Positions 23,921-36,896 of a stretch of DNA of 64,000 nt are shown in pieces. Positions within the stretch are counted from its first letter, which is position 1. Each line of letters begins with the position of its first letter. A program made the position numbers and the translations under genes. Below the pieces are notes generated by a model that was given only the letters and a program-made list of their open reading frames with translations, made no database searches and had not been told where the DNA came from. Source of the stretch: the human T2T-CHM13v2.0 reference genome, Homo sapiens; NCBI RefSeq assembly GCF_009914755.1, contig NC_060934.1; one strand, 5' to 3'.

Positions 23921-25295
23921 TCGAGGATGTATGTGACCTGTACTCAAGTCTCCCAGTGGCAGGTACCAGCACCAGCTCTGATGGGGTTGGCAAGGGAGTG
24001 ACATAGACTCTGTGAGATTCTTTGGATATAAATAGCCTTAGTGTGTGGACTTTATCAAATGCCAATTTTAGTAGTTAAGAACTGGTCATGTGGACAGACT
24101 CTGGACCTCCTGATTAGCCAGCGTGATGCAGGCAGTGATGATAGCTGAGGTCACACACAAATTTTCTCCTTCCTTGGCATTTTGTTATTGTGCCTGTGGA
24201 TGCAGCAATGGACTCTGTCAGCTGGGCTCCAGGCAAGAAATGGCCCTTGCAAAAGAATGCCAACTGTGGTGGTAGCAGGAGGATTTGTGTTGCCTTATGC
24301 TACCTCATGGAGGTACTCTGCTGTCTCAGGCAATGGACAGGGCCATAGAGCTCCCCAAGGTTTCTGCCCTTTGTGTTAAGTAAGCTACCAGGACTAGTGA
24401 AGGGGCAAAGCCAGCACGGGGCTGAGTCAGGCAAGTTCATGCTCTGAATGCCCATGTGCTGGTACAAACAGCAGCCCCAGTGGGAATCAAAGGGCAGTCT
24501 TCTAGCCACAGGAAGTAGTGCAGCTGCCCCGATGCATAGAAGAGTCCATATGGGGAGTGGAGAGTAGCAGGTGGCAGTAAGCTCCATCCAGCTCCCAAGC
24601 ACTTGGCAAGGCACGTCTCACACATACAGTGTTCCACTAGCAACAGCTAGCTAGGTTTCAAGGCAGTCTGTGCCCAGAACTTAATACTGACCCAGGCCAT
24701 ATTCTTTTCCCACTGAGATAGAAACTGTGGCTTTGAGGACATGGCCTTTGTGGTCCCCTCACAAAGCAGGGCATCCAGCTCCTGTGCCTGTGGCTACAAC
24801 ATACTTCCCACTCATCGCTCGGTTCTGGCTAAGTGAGTTTGTCCCTGCTTGAGATTATATCACGCATCTCAGTTGTGAGCTTCTCTCAACCTGTGGCCGC
24901 CTCCTGAGTTAGTCGGCTGCCTTCCGCGAGGTCCCCTGTGAGGTAGGATCCGGAATGGCAGGCTACCTTCCATTCTTGCTGGAGTCTGGGAGAGCAAAGC
25001 ACGGTCCGATGTTGTTCCCGGTGGCCTGGATTGCCAAGTTCCCCATTGGGAGTGCATATCCCAGAGGCAGTTTCTCTTCCTCTTATGCTCTGGGGACTTG
25101 CAGTATTCCACTTGGCTCACAGTGTAAGCTGCAGCCTGCTGCTTCCTTCAAAAGGACTGTGGTTTCTTTCAGTTTTCCCGTTGTTCCTGTGTTGCTTCTT
25201 GAAAAACGAGTTCACAGCATGAGTCCCTACACATTATTTTGTCTCGCCAAGTGGGAGAAGCATGCTTACAGTGCTTCCAATCTGCCATCCCGAGG
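23921..25295 (-). mobile_element. L1 5' UTR (L1PB/L1M-type)
   Basis: GC-richer block with residual CpGs ending CCAATCTGCCATCC, the reverse complement of a (AA)GATGGCGGATTGG-like L1 5' terminus. Confidence 0.7.
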
Positions 25296-27356
25296 AAAAA
25301 AAATGTTAATTCCTCTCTTTTCAAGTCACTGAAATATGATATCCAAAATTTACATTAGAAACTTCTCTCCTTTCTTTTAGTACAATTATTTAAATACTTA
25401 GATTATAACTTTCATATATCCATACAGCATTTTAATCCTCATATTTAGGGAAGCAAATACATTTATGTAAAGTAAATATTCATGCTCTAAATTTAATCTC
25501 AGGATTTTAAAACAAGTTATAAAGTACTCAAGAGATGTTCCTGTTATCTACAACATCAGCAGAAAACTCTGAAGTGAGTTACAAACTTTCAGGTGCAATA
25601 AGACTATCGATCACTATTCTGTACATAAGCTTCAAGTGTTTTCCAAGTGGCAGGTAAAAGCTTTTTTATAAAAAGGAATGTATACAAGAATGCTTTGCTG
25701 TGAGCATTGCATATAAAAGCATGAATAGCTTGGCAGAAAATCACAGAAAAATAGGCTAACACTTGCAAAAAGAGTGTTTTGGAGAGTGGATGTTTATTTA
25801 CCTAATTCAGTTCTACTTAGACTTCTCAGACTGAAAAATAAAACAACCTTGATACAACATCTAATAGCCATTGAAATATCTAGTGGGGCAAGTGATTCTT
25901 ATTCCTTCTTGTCACTTGCGTATTCATCATATTTTAGAATTTTTTTTCAGTAAATGATGAGTGTTTATTTCTTGATCAAATATTTACATTGCACATGTAT
26001 TCTTTTTTTATATCCACATTATTTGTCCACACTCAGTGGATGGTTCAATAGAGTGAGTTTTGAGTACATAATTTACCATAAGAATTACTGAATAATGCAG
26101 AAACAAATGTAAAAACTGTTCTAGAATTCAGAAAATTAATGTAATACTTTAGTCTTTGGAAAAAATGTTTAATCTTTTAAGCATTTTTTGGGAAAAAATT
26201 CTGAGACTAAAATCAAAGTTTACCCTCACTAACTGTATGATTTTAAAACTGAAGCCAACATAATTTCCTGTCTCTATGTTGGACAATATTGGGACTGGAA
26301 ATACTTTCCTATTAATAGGTTAACTAATATTGAGAATAAGCAAAGTCAACTTAGCTACTTGATTGAGAAAATGCTTGCTTCTAAAAGATAAGACTGTGAA
26401 CCAACTAAAAGAGCTTATTTCATAGGACGAATTTGTTGCTTGTCAAGAATTGCTTCAAGGCCCTTGCTTACTGTGGCAAGTAATCTAAAGCTTTTATGTT
26501 ATAAACTAAAATTTCAACCAATTCTCTGTCTTGCAAAACTTTGTTTAAAATCACAAAGCCTAGGTTCCGGTATCTTACAAATGATTTTCTTTGGTGTTTC
26601 ACTTCTGTATAACACTACTACAAAAAGAAATCAAGGTGATTTTCTTGTACTGCAGTAGGATTAATGAATTTAACTTTGCTTATTCAACATTGTTGTTGCT
26701 GTTGTTTGGTTTGTTGATCAGTTGATCTGGCTTTTGAGATTTTGCTTGTTGAGAAACCTGGAGATGTCATTGACATCCAATACAAACACCCTTGCTGCTA
26801 TGGCTGAAGTCCTCAACTGAGAAAAGCATAGTCCTCTGAGGTTACTTAATCCTCATGCTTGGGGGTCACTTCCTTAGTGCTGAGGTCTTTCTTAGACATC
26901 TGTTTAAATATGACAGTGAGGTAGTCTATCATTAAGTCTGAACTCAAACTCATTTCTTTTTTTCTTTTCTACTTCAAACTATATTTTGCTTTGAAGGAAA
27001 CAGAAACCTTTATGAATACTTTAATCTTATTTAAAAACTGTTCTCAGTGAAAAAAATGCCTTCTTACAAGCCTTCCTGTCCATTCTAATCACTTTATGCC
27101 TTCAGTCTTTAAGAAAAAGTCAGAAGAAAGATGAGTCCATATTTGAGAAAACCTAAAGGACAGATGAATTGAGAAATCCTTATCTGAATGGTATACTTGG
27201 GTAAACTTTGCCTTTGGTCATCTTTTCAAAAAAAAGTTAAGATTTTTTTTTTCTTATCTCTTTATGTCCCTGGGAATAGCTTTGTTCCAACCTCTGGAAC
27301 TGGAGGATTTATCAGGTTGGAGATGACTGGTCTTAGGCCAATTCTTGATAAAGAAT

Positions 27357-27687
27357 TGATAAAGACATACTGGAAACTGGGTGATTTATACAGGAAAAAG
27401 GGTTTAATAGACTTACAGTTCTATGTGGGTGGGGAGGCCTCACAATCATGGCAGAAGGCAAGGAGGAGCAAGTCATGTATTACATGGATGGCAGCAGGCA
27501 AAGAAAGAGCTTGTGCAGGGAAACTGCCCCTTACAAAACCATCAGATCTCATGATACTCGCTCACCTTCATGAGAACAGCATGGGAAAGACCTGCCTCCG
27601 TGATTCAATTACCTCCCACTGGGTCCCTCCCACAGCACATGAGAATTCAAGATGATATTTCGGTGGGGACACAGCCAAACCACATCA
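27357..27687 (-). mobile_element. THE1B-like solo LTR missing ~25 bp at one end
   Basis: GATAAAGACATAC...GGCAGCAGGCAAAGAAAGAGCTTGTGCAGGGAAACT...ACAGCCAAACCACATCA. Confidence 0.88.
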
Positions 27688-29349
27688 GGAGGTTTGCATA
27701 AGCAAACCTGTTACAGTTACTAATCTCTTGTAAGGAATTGGTCATCTGCTTGATTCTCCAGGAAAAAAGAACTTTTAAACTCTAGCTTATGTTTCTGTAA
27801 CTAGCATTATTTTTACTAAGAACAAAAAGAAATAGTCACTTTAAAAATATCTTTTAACATAAATGAGATCTTTTATATGAAATATGAATTACCACACAAT
27901 TATGAAAGAAAGACTCATAAGATTACCATTTGTCTAGGCGTATACTTTCTTCAACATGGGAGGCCACTCTCAGTTTCTGTAATTTGGAAATTAAAACAGT
28001 AACACTTTTTATTCTTACGGCTTGATGAAATTTTCGAGTGCCTAAAGTTTATTTCTCGCACTGGCTATTGGCCATAATAATTCTTTCTCCCTTTCTCTCT
28101 GTCTCTCCCTGTGTGTGACAAAATATTTTCCCAAATTGACATTGCCTTCCCTCTTTATTAGGGAATATGAATGGGCCTTTAATAGGTTTTGCTTCATATT
28201 CCCCTTTTACCCTTCTTTATACTTTCTCCATTCTCTTGGGAAATTCTGAAGATTAATTATTTTTTAAATATTGTTTATTACATGAACATTTTAGAAATTG
28301 CAATCCTGGTAAATAGAACATTTTAGAAATTCTACTCCAGTTAAATAGTCATAATTTCTAAAATAAAAGGTAAAAAAGTATTTGCTTCTTTTGTGTATGA
28401 CCCCTCGTCTAACACATACATCTGAAAAAGAATAGTTTAATTTGTAGCTTGGCAAGGGTCTTGGTGCCTAGATAAGCAGAAATGTTAGACATATAGAAGT
28501 TTCAGAGGGGATACCAGAATGTTAATCTTGGATATATGGATACAGAGATTTCTTTTTACTAAAGAGTTGATGTAATATTCCTCATACATAAATGATGCTT
28601 TAGAAAAATTAGAGTGAATTAATTGTAATCCTCTTTCTTGTTTTATGACAATTTAAAATGATTGTAAAACAATATTTTAATTTGTACAACATTTGATTTG
28701 GATTTCAGATTAAATTTTAAATTTATCTTTTAAAAAGTTACCTTTAAAAGTTTGTTTTATTGATCTAATGAATAAAATTTGTCAAAGTAATAAAAAGTAT
28801 AACTAGATATTCTTTGGTTTTCTATCTGCTAATATTCTCTTTTATCCAGAAAGAATAAGGCATGTTAACTTATTTAAAGTGGTAATTAATATGAGTGGTG
28901 TCCTTAAGGAGAAGGATATTACAGAGTTGTTGCTACTATTATTCTCTCATACGATTTAGATAAACTAAAATGTCTTCAGACTTGGTTCACAGGAAAGAAA
29001 AATTGGGGGCTTTCAGATAATGAACTTCCTAGTAATTACTACTTATTTTATTATTTCTATTAAATAAATAAAATAAAATGTTATAATTAAACATCTACTT
29101 CTTCATACATTCATCCTCCAAGTAAACTTCTAGACAATTAAGTAGAGTCCTAATGTTACTGATATGGAAAGAATCGCTTCCTTAGTTGCTAACTACTAGC
29201 TTGTTGACCAATTGATCCACATATTATAATTGGCTACACAATGTTTTCAAATATTGAAAATTGTATCTACAAACTTAAATTCCTGATTATTTAAAGAAAT
29301 CTCTTGATCTTGCATGCCATTGAGAAATAGTCTGCTGAAGCTGAGTATA

Positions 29350-29596
29350 TAATAATAATTGATAATATACTGAATATTTACCATAAATAAGGCACTACTT
29401 TGAGTGCTTTACATATAATTTAATTTTTACAATTGCACAAAATAAATATTACTAATAGGTCAATTGACAAAGGAAACCAAGACATAGAAAGTATTAACAG
29501 CTTTCTTATGGCCATATAGCCAGTAACTGTCAAGATTTAGTGGAGAAAATCTGACTTCAGAGTTTGTCCTCTTAAGCACCCTGCTATATTGCTTCC
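29350..29596 (-). mobile_element. MIR SINE
   Basis: AGTGCTTTACATAT...GGAAACCAAGACATAGA...TCTGACTTCAGAG...CTCTTAAGCAC. Confidence 0.7.
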
Positions 29597-30228
29597 TTAA
29601 GTCTGTGTAAATGTTTTTCAGTTGGCCAGTCTCTATAGCTGTAGGGTAAGACAGCAGTCCCTGTCTATTCTAGGTTACCGTCATGGCTGCTTAGGTTTTG
29701 AAGTTTATTATTAATGATCAACTTTGAATAAAGTGAAATATGTAATTCCATAGACACGGAATAAGTTCAATTAAATGAAGAAAGAAAAAAAGACCATAAG
29801 TAAGGAAGTTCTTATTTCTATCGTACTTACAAACACAGTACCTACGAATATTTCTATAGTACTTACAAAGTACTGTGACTTCCCATTCATGGTAGAAAGT
29901 TCTAGCTTAACAGTCAACTTCCAGTTCAGAATTACTGTGTGACTTACTCTTCTCATTTAATTTGCCACAACTAATCTCTGTAGATAATTTCTTCATGGAC
30001 AGATAATTTTTTCTCATTTCCTTGTTGCTTTCAAGTTGCAACTAAACTTTCTTTAAGTGAAGAATATTTCAGTAAATTGTAATGCAAAAATGTTTACTTA
30101 TTTGTAAAAGACCTTTTTTATATCCCTATATTTATATATAGTATAAACAAAAGAGATGACATGAATTAATATGCAATATAGCCCCTGTGTTTACTTTAAA
30201 ATCTTTTGCTAAGACAATATTTTAACTA

Positions 30229-31852
30229 TAGTCATTTCTTGTTATTCACAGTAATTATGCTATACGAAGTCACCACAAACACAATTAGCAAATACTGAAC
30301 CATTGCTTCCATGTAAATACAGAGTTAGATACCTGGGAGGCTCTAGAAATAACATTTTTGTCAACTGACAAGTGCATATTATGTATTATGTGGTTTCTGT
30401 TTAAAGATAATTAATTTAATATTTTTTATAGTACTCCGATTGTCTTTATTATTTTTTTTAATTTCCATAGGTTATTGGGGAACAGGTGGTGTTTGGTTAC
30501 ATGAGTAAGTTCTTTAGTGGTGATTTGTGAGATTTTGGTGCACCCATCACACGAGCAGTATACGCTGCATCCAATCTGTGGTCTTTTATCCCTCACCCCC
30601 TTCCTATCCCTTCCCCCTGAGTCCCCAAAATCTATTGTGTCATACTTACGCCTTTGTATCCTCATAGCTTAGCTCCCACTTATGAGTGGGAATATACAAT
30701 GTATGGTTTTCCATTCACTTAGAATAATAGTCTTCAATCTCATCCAGTTTGCTGCGGAATGCCATTAATTCATTCCTTTTTATGGCTGAGTAGTATTCAT
30801 ATATATATATATATACATATATATATATTACAGCTTCTGTATCCAGTCATTGATTGATAGACGTTTGGGTTGGTTCCACATTTTTGCATTTGTGAATTGT
30901 GCAGCTGTAATATGAGTGTGAAAGTATTTTTTTTGTATAATGACTTCTTTTCCTCTGGGTTTATACATAGTAGTGGGATTGCTGGATCAAATGGTGGTTC
31001 TACTTTTAGTTTTTTATGGGATCTCCACATGATTTTCCATAGTGGTTGTACAAGTTTACATTCCCACCAGCAGTGTAGAAGTGTTCCCTGTTCCTTGCAT
31101 CCATGCCGGCATCTATTATTTATTGATTTTTTTTATTATTGCCATTCTTGCAAGAGTAAGGTGGTATCACATTCTGGTTTTCATTTGCATTTCTCTGATA
31201 ATTGGTGATGTTGAGCATTTTTTAATGTTTGTTGGCCATTTGTATATCTTCTTTTAAGAATTGTCTATCCATGTCCTTTGCCCACTTTTTGATGGAATTG
31301 TTTGTTTTTTTCTTGCTAATTTGTTTGAGTTTGTTTTAGATTCTGGATATTAATCCTTTGTCAGATGTATAGATTGTGAATATTTTCTCCCACTCTGTTG
31401 GTTGCCTGTTTACTCTGCTTGAAAAAGGCCAACAGCACTATCACTCATGATTAAATGAAGTTTATTCAATACCACATTTTCTCCAAAACCAATATTACAG
31501 CCCTCTTTCACTTAGGAATACCAGGCAGCACCTTAGCACTACAGTTGGGGGTCATCTTAAACAGCAAAATCACCAAAAAAAAGAGAATTAAAATGCAAAG
31601 AATATGGTATTAAATAGACTATGAAAATTACATTGTTTACAGTATGAAAGCAGAACCAGAAGGCAAAGCATCACCACGTTCAACCTCATGTGGGACTGTG
31701 TGCATTGGGTGACACACATTTTTCACTGCTCTGCACATGTCTGCAAATAACCATAAAAGTACTGTGAGTAAGTATTGACTTTTGGGTTGCCAATAAATTT
31801 TAGTAAGTAGACAAATTTGCAAATGCAGAGTTCATTAATAATGAAAATTGAT
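30229..31852 (+). mobile_element. MER82 (Tigger-family) element split by an L1PB1
   Basis: Left part 30229-30430 (TTAGCAAATACTGAACCATTGC); right part 31425-31852 (GGCCAACAGCACTAT...AATAATGAAAATTGA); terminal inverted repeats weakly preserved. Confidence 0.8.
30444..31420 (-). mobile_element. 5'-truncated L1PB1-like element
   Basis: ATTTCCATAGGTTATTGGGGAACAGGTGGTGTTTGGTTACATGAGTAAGTTCTTTAGTGG 3' UTR; ORF2 residues [11 protein letters not shown] in ORF 30797-31030. Confidence 0.9.
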
Positions 31853-32436
31853 TTATTTTACAAATTAACATTTTAAATTCAAATAGTGATATCAGAGAAA
31901 ACAGTCACTAAAGACATTTTTGTGCATTTTATTCACTTGAATTAGTAATGATATAATTCATTTTTATTACACATTAAAATAGGTGTTGGGAACACTGTTC
32001 TCAGGACTATTGGCTGTAGCCCATCTGCATATATCTAGGCCACCGGAGACTTTCGTAGAGTTCTTTCAGATTATATCGTTTCACACAACAGTCCCTCCTC
32101 CCAACTCATTTAGCCCAGACCATTTGTTGTTTATCCTTTGCCTCATATTATTCTTGATTTATTCATTTAGTTGAACCTTATCTTTTCACCACTGTCTAAG
32201 CTTCTTGAGGTAATAGACTTGTTTTTAAAGAATATTTAATGCAACGTTTGGCCGAACTGTTCATTGATCCCACTATATGGTGTAGTGTTCCTCTTTTTTC
32301 ACAACATTCTTCTAGTTTCTTCTATCTCAAGCAACCTGTATTCCTATTATTGTCTATTTCCATCCTCTGCCCACTCATTTCCACATTTCCAAAAGCGTAT
32401 TCATTTTTCAAAATCTAACTGAAAGTGCAAATGAAG

Positions 32437-33047
32437 TGTTGTTCTTAGTGTTCCCCAAGAACACCCTCAGGTTTAGAGGTCCACTAGAAAAACTCACAGA
32501 ACTCAGAAAAGCTGTTACACTCATATTTATGGTTTATGACAATGAATGGGTATAGCATAAAATCAGCAAGGGAAAAGGGTATAATGGATAGAGTCCAGGA
32601 GAGACTTGCTATTTGTTTCTAGCTGTTCCTTCCCAGGGGAGTAATATGAATCACACTGAATTCTCTCAGCAATTATGTGTGATAACATACATGCAGTACT
32701 GCCAAACTGGGAAACTTATCCAAGTCTTGGTGTCCAGTGTTTTATTGCAGGTGGGAGAGAGGGTGCATGCAGACATGTTGTGCCCACATGGCTGACTTAT
32801 TTACATAATCTTCAGCCTTTCCAGATTCCAAACTGATATGATACTGTATGGTCCAATGTCTTCACCATACATCACATTGTTACCATAAACCTGGCTAATA
32901 ATCTGGCTTGGCCCAAGTCCCCAGAAAAACAAAGGGAAGATATTCTAAGGGTTTTTCTTCTAGGTCCAGTTAAGCATCAGACCTTTCTTTGGAATGTGAA
33001 GATTTCAAAGAATCCAGGCTTGCTGAGTTAGTCTTTTACTATACACA
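32437..33047 (-). mobile_element. MER21(C)-like LTR
   Basis: CCCCAAGAACACCCTCAGGTT...ACTCACAGAACTCAGAAAAGCTGTTA...CTTTCTTTGGAATGTG...GCTGAGTTA...CACA. Confidence 0.75.
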
Positions 33048-33579
33048 TGTAATGTACTCCATGAAACCTCCCACAACATCTCCAAACAGAAATAAATTAT
33101 TCCACCTCTGAAGTCATACAGCACTTTATTTCTTTCTTCCACATCAATTGTTTTCTTGTTGTAATTTGCTAAACTGAGGCTGTTATATGTCAAACTTGCG
33201 GAAGAAATAGAACAGCTAACTAATTGAACACGTTTTGATTTTCTGAGCATGGCAGTAGAGTAAGAACAAAACTTAGTCTTTCTGGTTTAGAATATTACAG
33301 GGAGAGAGGGTGGTGAAGGACTGTTCGTAGAGAAGGGGATCAATATTAAAGACTTGACAGGTATGACTAAGGGAGGAATACTGGCTGACTGGGAATTTTA
33401 AGCTGCTTTGCCTTCCCAACTTTCTGAGTAAGATAGGGCAGGGGTAATAATAATAAGCTAAGACTGCCGACCACGTTGATGCTACATGTAATGGTTCAAA
33501 CAAGCTTATCTTCCCTCTGTAGACTCTTAATTCTGGACAGTAGACTCATGTTTGAAGGAACATTTAATTTCTTATGCGC

Positions 33580-34099
33580 AGTATTAGTCAAGGTTCTCTA
33601 GAGCGACAGAACTAATAGGATAGATGTATATATAAAAGGGAGTTTATTAAGGATTATTGACTCACACAATCACAAGGTGAGGTTCCACAATAGGCCATCT
33701 GAAAGCTGAGGAGCAAGGAAGACAGTCTGAGTCCCAAAATCCTAAAAGTAGGGAAGCTGACAAACTGACAGCCTTCAGTTTGTGGCTGAAGATCCAAGAA
33801 TCTCAAAGCTGAAGAATTTGGAGTCCGATGTTCAGGGTCAGGAAGCATCCAGAGTGGGAGAAAGATGTAGGCTGGAAGACTAAGCCAGTCTGGTCTTTCC
33901 ATGTTGTTCTGCCTGCTTTTATTCTGGCCACAGTGGCAATGATTAGATTGTGCCCACCCAGATTGAAAGTGGGTCTGCCTTTCCCAGTCTACTGACTCAA
34001 ATGTTAATCTCCTTTGGCAACACCTTCACAGACAAACCCAGGAACAATACTTTGCATCCTTCAATCCAATCAAACCAACAGTCAATGTTAACCATCACA
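33580..34099 (-). mobile_element. MLT2A-type (HERV-L) solo LTR
   Basis: GTATTAGTCAAGGTTCTCTAGAG-GACAGAACTAATAGGA...TTCAATCCAATCAA...TTAACCATCACA. Confidence 0.9.
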
Positions 34100-34144
34100 C
34101 ATGTTTAGCATGTTTTTCAGTACACAACTTAATACCTAACTTTT

Positions 34145-34545
34145 GTTGTGTACTTAGCATGTGTTAGAAACTATTCTACTGTTCTAAATACTTTATATGC
34201 ATTATGCATTATATCACTTAATCTTGTGAGGTAGGGTTTTTTTTTTTTTTTTGGCATGGTACATGTTTACAAATCCCACATCAAAATGTCACTTCTACTT
34301 CACACCATGTATTCCATTTAGAACATGAATTATGCTGAAATAATCAAGTGATCAGCAATGAGTATTCTTTTCATTTTGGGTCACTCTCAAAAGATGACTG
34401 TCATCAATTCATCAGATAGAATTTTCTTTAGAAATCAATACACTGAGATAATTTAAGCAAGCTACTCAAAATCCAAAACCAGTAAGAGGCAGAGGACATA
34501 TTTAGACTCATGTGACTTGGCACCAGAGCTCATAATCTTAATTTT
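34145..34545 (-). mobile_element. MIR SINE interrupted by an insert at 34237-34413
   Basis: TTCTAAATACTTTATATG...TGTGAGGTAGG on the left; CAGTAAGAGGCAGAG...CCAGAGCTCATAATCTTAA on the right. Confidence 0.6.
34237..34413 (-). other. Unassigned short poly(A)-tailed retro-insert (retrocopy candidate)
   Basis: T16 at 34237-34252; ~160 bp not recognised as a repeat; degenerate 12-bp TSD AGGTAGGGTTTT / AGATAGAATTTT. Confidence 0.5.
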
Positions 34546-35694
34546 AAATAATACTGAGTTCTCTAATAGAAAACCAGTTGCTGTATTAGTACAGTGAATT
34601 GATATTTAGTACTTACCAAAAATCTCCTCAAACGTTGATATTTGGGTTAATTCCTGACCATTTCTGATGAAATCATAAGGAAAATTTAAGTCTTCACTGT
34701 AGAATACTTTTATGTTAAAGATGAAACACTGGGCTAGAATGAGTTACAGGTTTGACTCAGAATCTGAACATATATTGTCTTCGTTAGAGTTCGAATTTCA
34801 GCTTAAACAAATGAATACATTCACCCTTTCCTTGTGGTCAACAAAACGTCAAATGAGCAGTGAAAACTAAGTCATGGTTCACTGTTCAGTTGAAACAAGA
34901 GACCTTCAGAAGAACCACCGTTTTTCTGAATACTATCAATACTAACCTAGAAGTCAAAGTGAATTATTTGACTGTTTGATGCTGCTGGAAAACCATTGGT
35001 GGTAAACTCTGAAACATAGAAAATAGGTATAAATTATCTTTTTCCTTTTATAGTTGTCACATACTTAAATATTTGTGAGGAATAAAAGATCAGAGCCGAA
35101 TGTACCCAACAGACAAAAGAAATCAATTCAAGAATGTAATGAAGCAAATACAAAGAAAGCAAAACAATTGATAGGAAGCAGGGAAGATTTGTTTTAGTTC
35201 GCGGGACCAAAGTAATCAAAAAGAAAATAGCTCAGCTGGAAACAAAGGTATTTTGTTTCTCCTGATTAAGTTGTCTGGTCAATAATAGACATGGAAAACA
35301 GAGGAAAAGACCAAACATCTTATTTGGTCCTACATTTGGTAAGGTGTGCATAAAAGTGGCAAATATAGTTTCCTAACAAGGACGAGATTATAAAGAAAAC
35401 AAGCCCTAAATCTTAAAATCTTAAGATACTAGACTCAAAGAAAACTTAGGACTCATGTGGCTCATGCAGTTTTTGATAGATATCAATCTCCTGATCAAAT
35501 GTTTTCTCATACACCCATGATAAATAGTTTTTAATTCTATTATAAATAGTTTTTAAAATATGATCTAAGATCAAAGGGCTGACAATTTCCAAATATTATT
35601 TTTTTCATAAAAATAAGTGTCACAAGTTCAGAGAAGAGACAAACTTTGAAGATTTACAATCTGACCCATATAAGAAAAGAGCTCACAAGATAGT

Positions 35695-35850
35695 TTTAAA
35701 AATAGAGTTAGGGGTTACAAGCGCAGTTTTGTTGCATGGATACACACATAGTGGTGAAATCTGGGCTTTTACCTGAATAACAAACATTGTACACAATAGC
35801 TAGTTTTTTAACCCTCATATTCCTCTCACCCTCCCACCTTTTAGAGTTTG
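35695..35850 (-). mobile_element. L1PB4-like 3' UTR fragment
   Basis: GGGGTTACAAGCGCAGTTTTGTTGCATGGATA...TAGTGGTGAAATCTGGGCTTTTA. Confidence 0.7.
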
Positions 35851-36087
35851 ATATTTCACTCAAATGTCTGTTCTTTCACTCAAAGAGGAGATATTATTAT
35901 TGTTACTGATCAGATGGTGCATTCTTGCTTGTGCCTCGTAAGAATGTGATAATGTAGAAGCTAGAAATTTGAGGAGAATGCCAAATGATCTGCTTTAACT
36001 CTGAAGATTTGCCAGATAAAGTGGACTTACAGGACAATCCTCTCCACCCAGAAATCTCTGCTCTAATGAAAGGAATAAAGCAAGATA

Positions 36088-36141
36088 GTAGATTGGTGAA
36101 CAAGTAATTGCAGTTTTGCCATTACTTGTGCACCAACCTAA
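36088..36141. mobile_element. MADE1 (Hsmar1 MITE), internally deleted
   Basis: TAGATTGGTGAACAAGTAATTGC...ATTACTTGTGCACCAACCTAA flanked by TA dinucleotides. Confidence 0.85.
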
Positions 36142-36583
36142 TAGTTCTTATCTAATCACTTACTATGACTGCTTAAATAATAAGATAGGCAGTCCTTGCT
36201 GTAGGATCAAGAGTAATCTGCCAGCTTTAGTACTGAGTGGAAACTACTGCCCTTTCTAGCTCTCATGTAATCTGTTTCCCTCACTAAATTTGACTAAACA
36301 ACTCTGATTTTGACTTCTATTACTGAAACTGTGACCTTCCACATGGCTTGAACATCTGAACATTAAGTCCTACATTGTAAACATAACCACATTATTTACG
36401 GTTCCTGTCCATTATGAGTAGTAACTACATAAAAGCAAAACCCAGCTTGCTTGTTGGACTGCAAGTTTTCCCTTATGGAAAAATGTGGTCTAAAAACTTG
36501 GCCATTCTTGACCTGAGATTGGTAACTCCTAACTTGAAGCAATCCGTAATCTGGTCCTGACAGTTTTTGAGTAAATGGAATAA

Positions 36584-36896
<313 letters not shown>

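Noticed and set aside
27188-27655. 155-aa ORF
   Set aside because: Mostly antisense THE1B LTR sequence with no protein motif.
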